Below are positions 53,121 to 64,000 of a stretch of 64,000 bases of DNA, piece after piece. The translations under genes were made by a program, and so were the position numbers. Source of the stretch: Octopus sinensis (Eukaryota); NCBI RefSeq assembly GCF_006345805.1, contig NC_043001.1, positions 3,348,001 to 3,412,000 on the forward strand, written 5' to 3'. The notes under the pieces were generated by a model, which made no database searches, had not been told where the DNA came from, and saw only the letters and a program-made list of their open reading frames with translations. Position 1 is the first letter of the stretch. The number at the start of each line of letters is the position of its first letter.

Positions 53121-53655
53121 TTACCTCACCATTACCAATATCATTACAATCAGGCAAGAAACCCAATACGGAGCCTGCTAGAAGTTCACTTAACCCACTA
53201 GAAATAACAACCAAATCTTTGAATTGCATTTTACCATCTTAACTATCAAAGACGTACATTGTAGAATGCATTCCTAGACAAACCCATAATCTGCAGAATG
53301 GTCATGGCCGGAATAACTTACAAGACAGGCTTGATTCGTCCGAGTTGACCAAACAACAACAGACCGTCAGAATTTCATCCCTTTCTTTAGAGACAAGCCA
53401 TCACTGTCAATCTCATTATCATCAAACATCCTTATAATCGGTGTCATCGTAAAACTCCCACCCTCCTCCTCCTCCTCCTCCTCCTCCTCCTCCTCCTTAT
53501 CATCATCATCGTTTTCAACATTCATGTTTCCATGTTTGCATAGGTCAAAACGGAATTCGATGTAGCAGATTTTCTATGACCAGATGCCCTTTTTGTCATC
53601 AACTTTTTCCTGTTTGTTAGTATACATATATGTGCGTATGTATGTATATATATAA

Positions 53656-53688
<33 letters not shown>

Positions 53689-54660
53689 ATATGTATGTAT
53701 ATAATATATATATACATATGGAGTGAAGGCGAGTGAGATATGCAATAATATACATCTGGATATTCATGGAAAGGATTGTCCCAATTTTTGGCATTGAAAG
53801 GTACCCAAATGCCAGAAGAGGTCGCCACTGTGCAGTGCCAAAAACCCCAACAACGCCGTCGCACTTTTTAATATTCTCCCAAAGGGTCTGGGAAACCTAA
53901 ACAAAGTGGATTACGCATGTGAACCACTGGTAATAGATTAGTCTTATTTTTACGCTTATGATTTACACAGTATATATATATATATCATAATAATGATGAC
54001 ATATATACTTATATCTGTATAAATCACCCTCCTTATATATGTGTACGTATCTGCATGAGTGTGTGCATGCATGTGTGTGTATTTGTGTACACATGACAGT
54101 CTTTTACCATGCATCTCCCAAATCTACTCGCAAAGATTTTGTTGGTCTCGGTTTATAGTTGAAGACACTTGTCCTAGGTGAGGACATTGCATCGGGACTG
54201 AACCCGAATCCATGGCGGTTGGAAAGCAACCCTATCGGTAAATCACATTTATATTGCATACCTTCAGATACGTTTTGTTCTAGTCTAGAATTTGCTAGAT
54301 GTGTGCTGGATAAACCATTCTTGTGTTTTGGGGTATTAATATTTAATCTGCCACCTGTAATATTCATCGTGGAAACTGGGGGAGATCCATTTGCTCCTAT
54401 TTATTAAAAGTGTTAAAAAGGTTTGCGAATATTTTCTATGAAACGAACTAAAATTTAAGATTTGTGTTCCTAAAATATCAATGAATCTTTATAGCATAAA
54501 TAATCTTTTCTTTCATTAAAAAAGAAAAATGAATATATACTAATTTATGTTTATGAATACAAATGTTTGTGCAAACGTAAACAAACTTACCAACTAGAAT
54601 ATCATCATCATCATTATCATCATCATCATCGACGTCGTCGTCACCACCACCACCACCACC

Positions 54661-54694
<34 letters not shown>

Positions 54695-54816
54695 CGTTTG
54701 TCGTTATCACCATTATCATCATCATTAGATTATGCTCATTTTTCATCTCATAGTTGTAGCAAGTATCATCCTTTTAAAAACACCTCTGCAAACATCACCA
54801 TCAATGCTGTCGTTTT

Positions 54817-55090
54817 ATCATCGCCACCATAATAATCATTATCATCATCATCGCCACCATAATAATCATTATCATCATCATCGCCACCATAATAATCATT
54901 ATCATCATCATCGCCACCATAATAATCATTATCCTCATCATCGCCACCATAATAATCATTATCATCATCATCGCCACCATAATAATCATTATCATCATCA
55001 TCGCCACCATAATAATCATTATCATCATCATCGCCACCATAATAATCATTATCATCATCATCGCCACCATAATCATCAATATCATCATTT
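54817..55090. repeat. 30-bp minisatellite, ~9 copies
   Basis: Unit atcatcatcatcgccaccataataatcatt, nearly perfect. Confidence 0.95.
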
Positions 55091-56988
55091 CCAGTAGCAG
55101 CACATTTGATGTTGTTTCTTCTCAGATTCGTTCTGATTCTGTAAACTTACGATAAATAGGATCCTTTCGGTTTATCCCAAAATTTCTACACAGATATCGA
55201 ATAACGAACGTATATGTATGTGTATGTGCGTGTGTGTATATATACATATTTATAAATATATATATGTGTGTGTATGTGTGTATTATATATATATACTGAT
55301 GTACATATATAAGCATGTATAGGCAACGTTGCAGTTGAGTAACGGATACAATTAGAAATAAAGCGAAATGGTGACAAACAAAACTGCTGCTTGGTGTCAG
55401 ACAAACCAAAGCACCTCCCCAGAAAATGTGGAAATATAAAGCAAAGGCAACAATCAAAGAAGTGTTCAATGAAGTTTTTTTATGATAACAAAACAAACGA
55501 GATTCCGATGTTTCGGTTGATTCTTTTTATCAATGAGAATAGAAAAGATTAGGCAAAAAAAATCCAATTGCTTTTGTTCAATTTTCTCTTTCCCTGATTT
55601 CTAAATTATTTTCTATATATACTTTTTTCTTCCTTTTGATGAAGGACGTCTCTCCAAACTCATATTCTCGTCTATTTCCTTCTTTGGCATATCACTTTCA
55701 TTCTACATTTATTTGTATGTTGATTTTTCGTTTGTATTCCTACATTTTCCACGCATGCGCTTTCGTCTGTCCGATTCCTTGCAGTACTTTTTGTTTGTTT
55801 GTTTCTTTGTTTCCTCTTTGCCTCAAATTTTTCTCGTATCATTTGTATGATTTTTATCTTTTTATATCCTCACATCTACGCAGAATTATTTATTTACCGC
55901 TATTTCACGGATAAACCACAACGTATAAAGGACACACACACATACACGCAAGCACACACACACACACACAAACACATTGAAGTAAATAAGAACAGATGGA
56001 AATTGGTTTATTCCCTACAGTTGTTTCAAACGTGATTTCTTATTGATGAATAGCGTTGTTACACCATGCGAAAAAAATTCGTTTTCTTTCGGTGAATATA
56101 CACCAATTCAACATTAATAAGAACATTCCAAAAGTCAACATTAAGTGCGTCTTCATGATTCTTGGCTAGCTTCAGCCAAAGGATATATATATATATATAC
56201 ACACACATGTGCCAATGTATTTATCTATATACATGCACAAATCATAAAATATTGCATTATTTTGCTTTGTACTTTCAATCAATGAGATCCATTAATTCTT
56301 CCCATGCTGAAGTAGTGTTTCAGAAAGTCTTTGTCTTTTAGATTTTCCATATTACTATGTAACAAAATTCACAAAGAATTTTTAACGTTTGAGGAATTAA
56401 TAATAAAAATATATGTAAAACTGAAAATACTTGCTGCAAAAAAAGTAAAGAAAACAAAACAAATTAACGTCTGCAATGATGCCCTTTTGGATGCAGTACA
56501 AACTCTGACCATAAGCACTAAGCTGAACCCTAAAATTATCTTTAAACCCTAAATGCAAATACCAAAATGTTTTATTTGTGATGGAATCAGTTAAAATGGC
56601 ACCGTCCGTCATGAAGAGATTTATCTGACTGGCTAAAATAAGAAAAGATTTCCATCTTTGTAACTTTTTATCGTAAAATTATCTTTAGAATGGTTGTAAT
56701 TTTCATAATAGTTATGAAGAAATTAAATGTGTGGAGATTTTTAAGGAAATAAGAAAGGATCTGTGAATCTGGAAAGATCCATAAAAGACATTCCTGTCAT
56801 GGTCATCAAATACATTTTTCCGATAACGGTCATAAAAAACAAACAAACAAAACAAAACAAAAGACCAGCTACATCCTCGAATATATTCATTTTTAAGATG
56901 GTGTAATTTCAGGGACATTTGTCAGCTGTTTCTAGCAGGTTGGGCATCCATGCAGAGGAATTTGCCAATGGATTAAGGTTCTTCCAAC

Positions 56989-57312
56989 CATAGGTTCTCA
57001 AAGTGGGCGCTACCGCCCCCCCCACCCCCGATGGGCGTTGCAGGAGTCCAGGTGGGATCTGGTGTCTAAGAGAGTGGTGCGGGGGGCGGTAGAGAAAAAG
57101 GAGGCGTTGGGAGGAAGGCAGTGAACAGGGGGAAGCTATGAATTTATCATAATATTATTATAGTATTGTATACAAATTATATAATATTATATTAAATAGC
57201 AAATGATTGTGTATATAAATTAGTACAGTATTTATACATAGAAATAGGGCTGTGGGTGGTGAGGGTATTATGTGCCAGTGGGGGTGGCCCCCCAAATGTT
57301 TCAGAACCTCTG
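56989..57312. mobile_element. hAT-superfamily MITE
   Basis: TIRs cataggttctcaaa / tttcagaacctctg; 8-bp TSD cttccaac / tttccaac. Confidence 0.85.
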
Positions 57313-58124
57313 TTTCCAACTGTTGTCATCATTATTTTGGCTACGGTTGCAATCAAAAACACCAAAACACAACTATAACCCTCACCATCACTATTACCCC
57401 CCCCCCACTAAAGCCACTGCCAACATGACCATCACTTCTACTAATGATTCCACCATCACCACCACTGCCATCACCATCACCACAACCACCATCATCATCA
57501 CCATTACCAAAAGCAACGAGAAGCATAACAACAACATCAACCCCACTTCCACCGACACCACCACCATCATCAAGGAGATTACCTTTATGTAGTCATGCAA
57601 TTATCTAGAAATAGCAGCCAAATCTCCATATAAACCTATATTGTGAAATGTGCCCATAGATGCATTATGTTTTGGAAACAAAACTGTCTGGATGGTCATG
57701 GATGGAATGTATTGGATAAAATGTCATCTAAGAGATTAACTGAGGCTAAACAAGGATAACATACACAAAAGCAAGAGTCAATACAATCATTGGTCTGCGA
57801 GAAACAACAGTCTACTTGCCCTCAGATCAGAAGGATATCAATTTATAAAAGGACTGAGATGAGAGCGTCAGGGCTGGAGGGCTTTTGATCAAAAGTCTGT
57901 TCATACACAATTGACCTGGCTCTGAGCACTACCACCACCAACAACATCACAACAACAACAAGTACCTTAATATTAATAAGCACCGCCACCACTACCACCA
58001 CAACCACGACCACGACCACCAACAACAACAACCAGCAAAAACCAACACTATCACCAAAACTGCAATCTCCACCATCACTACCACTACCACCACCACACTC
58101 TCAACATCAGCTACAACTTAACAC

Positions 58125-58268
58125 ATTATTTAGATTATTTACGTTATTTACATTTGACGGATATTTGTCCTCATCTTGCTTGTTGTTAACAGGTGCCTTG
58201 GGGAAATTTCGAACCTGCGTTCTCATTCCTAAGGTATTTTTCGATGTCATTATTATTATTATTTTTAC

Positions 58269-58312
<44 letters not shown>

Positions 58313-58605
58313 GAAAATTAGTATTTTCTAATCTCACAATGAGAGATATTCAGCAACAGAACTTTGTAGTAAACATTGTTTGTCAACACAATATGGTAGT
58401 CCTGGTTTAGGATTAATGTTGCTGTAATTTAGCCCCAGGAGACATCGTGTCCAGCTGGCTATACGACACGGTCTGTGTCGTGTCCTTATTCGAAAATGTA
58501 AGGACACAGATCGTGTATAGCCAGCTGGAGACGATGTCTTCTGGGGCTAAATTACAGTAACATTAGTCCTACACCAGGACTGCCATATTATGTTGGCAAA
58601 CAATC

Positions 58606-58699
<94 letters not shown>

Positions 58700-58800
58700 T
58701 CACTGCTTGGAAGCGAACTCGGAATCTTGGGGATAATAGCCCGCGCTCATAATCGCTACGCCATATGGCGTAGTGGTTAAGAGCGCGGGCTACTAACCAG
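58125..58800 (-). mobile_element. composite element: tRNA-like head (58695-58770) + (TAA)n + 3' module (58125-58250) lacking the HHR core; inverted head stub 58765-58800
   Basis: Same head and tail as 14165-14232 and 16572-16720, in the same order on the minus strand. Confidence 0.8.
58371..58610. mobile_element. near-complete palindromic MITE-like element at a (TTA)n tract
   Basis: ~95-bp arms (ctgtaatttagcccca...ccagctggctatac / gtatagccagctgg...tggggctaaattacag) plus an inner gtgtcctta/taaggacac stem. Confidence 0.85.
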
Positions 58801-59356
58801 CAGAATTACCACCTCCACCACCAGCACCATTAGCAATACCTCACCACCACTACCTCATCCCCTTAATCTGCTGCTGTTTTTGTTGTTGTTTAAATTTATG
58901 ATCTTCAAAATTATAAGAAAGTAAAAGCTTATTTCTCCGACTTACAAGCAGACAAATTATTTACTCATAGATTTATATTCAGTCTTACGTGCATTTCTCA
59001 AAGACATATTTCATGTTTATATGTTTATCATTATAGTAGAAGGTTTTTAAGAACCTTACCAATAAAAGAAGTGTCAGCCGTTGTCATAAATATTTATGTA
59101 AGTCTGTCTGGGTCAACATATTTTCATTTTTATTTTTATTCATACTACAGCAGACAAAGAAGTTTTGTTTTTCACCTCCAGTCTCTTGAAACCAATTATT
59201 TCATGGTTACGTATGGAGGAGGCTGGATGTTGATATATTTCTGTTTTGTTTATAATATATTGCATACCATATTTTATTCTATACCATTATATCAAGCATT
59301 GCATTAGGATTTCAAATATATACATACATGCACATATACACATATGAATCTATACA

Positions 59357-59745
59357 GGAGTGGCTGTGTGGTTAGTAGCTTGCTTACCAACCACATAGTT
59401 CCGGGTTCAGTCTCACTGCGTGGCATCTTGGACAAGTGATTTCTACTATAGCTCAGGCAGACCAAAGCCTTGTGAGTGGATTTGGTGGACGGAAGCTGAA
59501 AGAAGCCCGTCGTATATATATATAAATATATATGTTTGTGTGTGTGTGCTTGTTCCCCCACCAACGCTTGACAATCGATGTTGGTGAGTTTACGTCCCCG
59601 TAATTTAGCGGTTTGGTAAAAGAGACCGATAGAATAAGTACTAGGCTTACAAAGAATAAGTCCTGTCGTCGATTTGTTCGAATAAAGGCGGTGCTCCAGC
59701 ATGGCTGCAGTCAAATAACTGACATAAATAAAAGAATAAAGAATA
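59357..59745 (+). mobile_element. SINE family B
   Basis: Full head and 3' half present. Confidence 0.85.
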
Positions 59746-60369
59746 CACACACTCACACACACATATATGTGTGTGCATATATACATATACACAGACATAG
59801 ATATATACTTATGTAATATGTGTGTGTATGTAACGATATATATATGTATTTCTGCACACATACACACACACACACACGTGTGTATATGTATATCCTTATG
59901 TATATCTATCTAATTTATGATTCTTAAACAAGAATGTTGCTGACATATGAAACACGATTAAGGCAGGTGGTTATCGCTAACGACATACTCGTTTTAATAA
60001 ATATTAAAAATAAATATTTCAGTATAGGAGAAATCCTTTAAATAGAAAATAAAGGTTTTTAACCAGTTCATAGCTGAAACATTCTCAACTAATCTCTACG
60101 TAAGCGCCTTGAACAATTCAGCAGTTCTGATCTTTTGTTTAAAACTAAATATGTCTTTAATAAAAGGCGCCAGTTACTCTCCGCAGTACATAGATTGTAA
60201 CATCTATCACCATTAGTTTTGAAAATATTCGCGCTATAACGCTACTTATAGTCTCAGCCAGTTTTAATAAGCGTTTAAATTCCAGATATATTTGGACAAT
60301 TATATTCTAAGCTGGCTTACTGTATCAATACGAGAATATTTTTAAAGGAAATATTAGAAAAAACACATT

Positions 60370-60715
60370 TTACTTGTTTCAGGTCATTAGACTGCGGCCA
60401 TACTGGGACAGCACTTTGAGGAATTTTAGCCAAATGAATCAACCCGTGTTTTTTTTTTTTTTAAGGCTGGTACTTATTATATCGGAACCTTTTGCCGAAC
60501 CGCTAAGCTACGAGGACGAAAACATTCACATCACTAGTTGTCCAGAGATGGTAGCGGACAAACACAGGCTTAAACACACACCAAGTTCATCAACACGAGG
60601 CTTTGCTTGACTTGAGTTTAAAGTAGAAGACACTTGCTCAAGATGACCACGCAGTGGGACTGAACCCGGAACCATGTAGATGGGAAGCAAGTTTTTACCA
60701 TACAGCCATGCCTTG
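60370..60715 (-). mobile_element. SINE family B
   Basis: ttagactgcggccat...gccgaaccgctaag...gggactgaacccggaaccatg. Confidence 0.8.
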
Positions 60716-61084
60716 CCTACATAGCATTTTGTTTTCGTAATCCTTCAAGTAATACTTAGAACAAAGTATGGTTTCAGAAGACTACATAAGAACGGGAAAG
60801 AGCAAATATTAGGGTTGTGGTATTTACATGGAGGAAGAATCGGTGTTCTTGCTGGAAAGGTTTCTCTTGTTTATACTGGTAACGGAAGTAACAACACTCT
60901 TGGTATAACAATAGCGTATTCTAACAGAGATTTTATTAGTCAGCATATTGTCTATGGGTGACTTATACATGTAGCTTAGCAATTTAAGATGTAGAGGATA
61001 CTATACCAGGTCAGAGTAGGTATGGGTGTCGTTGCATATTGTCGCTGTATTTTTGGTATTTTCTTGGATAGTGTATGAAACCTT

Positions 61085-61330
61085 TCAAACACTGTTCCAG
61101 TCTGTCCTCATCTCTATGAGACACTCTCTAATCAGCTGTGACAATGTGACATGGTGCTGATCAACACATGCTGTCAGCCCAGCCGGAATCTCAGGGAAGA
61201 GAGCACAATACGCATAATGCAACTCGGAAAATCGAGCAGCATGACTAAAGAATCTGAACTGACGTTCCCGAATCATATACGAGTAACAGGACACATCTTA
61301 TTTTCTGAGTATAGTCGTTGGCAGGATACA
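61085..61330 (-). pseudogene. RTE-like LINE 3' end remnant
   Basis: IRERQFRFFSHAARFSE resembles the IR.RQLR.FGHVAR C-terminal motif of RTE-clade ORFs. Confidence 0.6.
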
Positions 61331-62262
61331 AATTGCAGCCAAAGGCAACCTTGTGTCTTGTGTATGCAATGTGTTCCATCTTTGATACATTTGTCGTAGT
61401 AACGTATACCAAGGTTACATAATTTGTTGTCAATGTATAAGTTAGGTATGCGGCGCTTACTAATATCATAAATTATAGTTTTAAGGATTATTGGAAGATG
61501 GCTGCAATTGATATTATATATTCCGATTTCTTGTAAAATGTATTATATAGCAGTAGTTGATATAGACTAAATCTACAGTTATAGAAATTACAAAGAGTCA
61601 GATTTTTAACCTTCTGTGATATTTAACTTTACTATTTTCAACATAAGAGCATCAATTGTATGCCCATTCATATTCCTCAAAATATGCAGCCCATCATCTC
61701 TATAAAAACCGAAATCAGAAGTGAAATAGTTTCAGTAGTAAGTTCAATATGCACAATATTATTAATTCTCATGTTTCAGCACCTTTCTACCTTAAACACT
61801 TTCTGGCCGATGTGTTTAATCCAAAATGATATTAAAATTTATGAGCATGCCTAGCCATATTAATCTATGTATTGTTAATTTGAATAACGTCTCTCGTGAA
61901 TATTGAAGATAAAGAAGAGAGTAGTTAAGGACATCTACTATATGGATATCTACTATATCGAACTGTTTAAATTTACAAATGTACTTATAACTGATTCCAT
62001 GAGGGCAGAAAACTCCTGCTTCTTACGTCATGGATTTAACATAACTAAAACATGGTCCTGCAATTAAATACAAAAGACATCAATTTACTTGTGAACACTA
62101 AATCTTGAATAACAATAGCAGTGTTCTGTCTAACGCTAACTCTATTTATGTTACTTGCATTTTATACACATGACACGGAAAACACGAAAATATCAGATGT
62201 ATTTGCATATAATAAGTGAAAATATTTCGTTTAGCTGACAACAAATCTAGAAATGAATGTGT

Positions 62263-62307
<45 letters not shown>

Positions 62308-63814
62308 TGTCTGGTTTCTTTTCTATTTCAGTCGATTGAGTAACTGGTCACCTGAAACTGGAAGTCTCCAACGCCTCAAGTACACGGGATGCGAGACACT
62401 GTACCTTTCCTTTTCTTTGATCCCTGTAAAATTTATTTGGAAAAAGGGCTCAGTCCGAAACTTCGTATTTTCCACTCTCCTCGGCAATTTCACTGCACAC
62501 TTTCTGTCAACACACACACACATGTATAGATGTATGTATGTATATACATTTATATGTGTATATATATATGTGTGCGTGCGCCTGTGTGTATGCATATATG
62601 CATATATATATACATGTACATATACATGCATATCTGTGTATATGTATATATATACATGTATATATATGTATGTGTGTATGTGTGTATATATGCATGTATG
62701 CATATGCGTGCACAAATTTATGCTTGCCAATACACGCACGTACGAACACGTGCACACATACCATGACAGTGAATGCACGAAGTTCTTGAAGAAAAGTATT
62801 TTCCCCTCTTTATATTTCTCAGACATTTTATATTTTTTATGAGTGTCATGAATTCCATTACCATACTTAACGTTTCGTTAGTCTTTTGTGAATTGTGCAC
62901 TCATCAAAACGCAGCTATTCCTGATGGATCGCCAAAAAAAAACAAACAAACAAACAAAAAAACCCCAGTTAACTTAATAATATTTTAAGTTGGAAAATTG
63001 AAAACTAAACAAACAAACGTATAAATGAATAAATAAACTTTGTCAGAACAGTTAATAAATGTTCATATTTTATTAAAATATTTTTAAAATGCGTCAGTTA
63101 TTAACGAACAAAGTTTTAAAAAATTTATATAATACAACAATAACTTAAGTTTTATATAAAAAATAAAGAAAACAAACACTAGACTAAAATGCTGTGCATT
63201 CACCTAAAATTAAAGTTTAAATGATAAGTTACATTATTGACTCTGAAAGTGAAAGTATTAAAATCACAGAATGACTAATATTTCATTTGAATATATCGAT
63301 TATTGTTAATACAGGAGTATGGCTAAAAAGTGTGAAAGTAGTCAAAACTGGTGCTAATATATTTGACAAACAAGCTAATCTCTAAACTCTCTCTACTAGT
63401 AAAAAACGTATGCAACAAATATATAGTTAACATTGGCCTTAATGTCCATATCCCTCAGTGTAGAGATGCTGGAAGCGTTGAAACAAAGATTTAGTTGAAG
63501 ATTGAATCTTCGTCATCAGCATCACTATAAACATCGTTTAAAGTTCATGTTCCCTGATGGTATGGGTTGGACGGCTTGATTGCATCCGATGGCTCTGAAC
63601 ACTGCATTGTCCACCACTGTCTGCTTTGGTATGCTTTCTACGGCTGGATGCCTTCCATAACGTTAAGCATTTGTGAGAGTGCCATGAACACCCGGCAAAG
63701 CCAAGACACCCTTCGCCTCTGGAGAGAGTAGGCTACAGCAGAAAGGGAGACGAATTTATTCTGACATAAAAGTAAATATCGATACAATATTGTGCATTAA
63801 TATTGCAGTATGGT

Positions 63815-63995
63815 AAGGCAGCGAGCTGGCTTCGCGCTATTTCACCCGTCGCTCCGTTCTGAGTTCAAAATACGCCGAGGTCGACTTTGCTTTTCATCCT
63901 TTCTGGGTTGCCCAACTGCCACATAGTAGGACTGAACCCAGAACCATGTGGCTAGGAACGAAACCTCTTACCACACAACCACTGCTGCACCTTTA
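63815..63995. mobile_element. truncated SINE A (+, 63815-63910) fused to a SINE B head (-, 63910-63995)
   Basis: gttctgagttcaaaa...gaggtcgactttgc, then ggactgaacccagaaccatgtgg...ttaccacaca. Confidence 0.75.
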
Positions 63996-64000
63996 TGCTT

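Noticed and set aside
144-62842. Many ORFs rich in YI, CV, HT, MYVC or poly-H/D/M/I/N
   Set aside because: They are translations of microsatellites, open in several frames and on both strands, with no domain content.

Overview
AT-rich, microsatellite-dense eukaryotic DNA in which I recognise no host protein-coding exon, so it is probably intronic or intergenic. The SINE repertoire and 5S sequence suggest a mollusc, probably an octopod cephalopod (inference). Nearly all ORFs in the track are translations of (TA)n, (CA)n, (CATA)n, (CAT)n or (TAA)n repeats. Recognisable content: a young 5'-truncated R4/Dong-like restriction-endonuclease (RLE) LINE in a (TAA)n tract (14354-16543); an older RLE LINE in (CATA)n (3626-4870); three RTE-clade LINE remnants; many copies of at least four SINE families; several palindromic MITE-like elements; a hAT MITE with TSD; a Helitron-like end; and a dispersed 5S rRNA copy. 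The most notable signal is about a dozen minimal hammerhead-ribozyme (HHR) motifs of the Penelope type, some canonical and some degenerate, from several unrelated repeat families. They include (i) a recurrent composite element, tRNA-like head + (TAA)n + HHR tail, whose internal microsatellite has been hit by a LINE in one copy and a MITE in another, and (ii) a ~304-bp near-perfect inverted repeat with a hammerhead in each arm. All calls were made by eye; boundaries are approximate.
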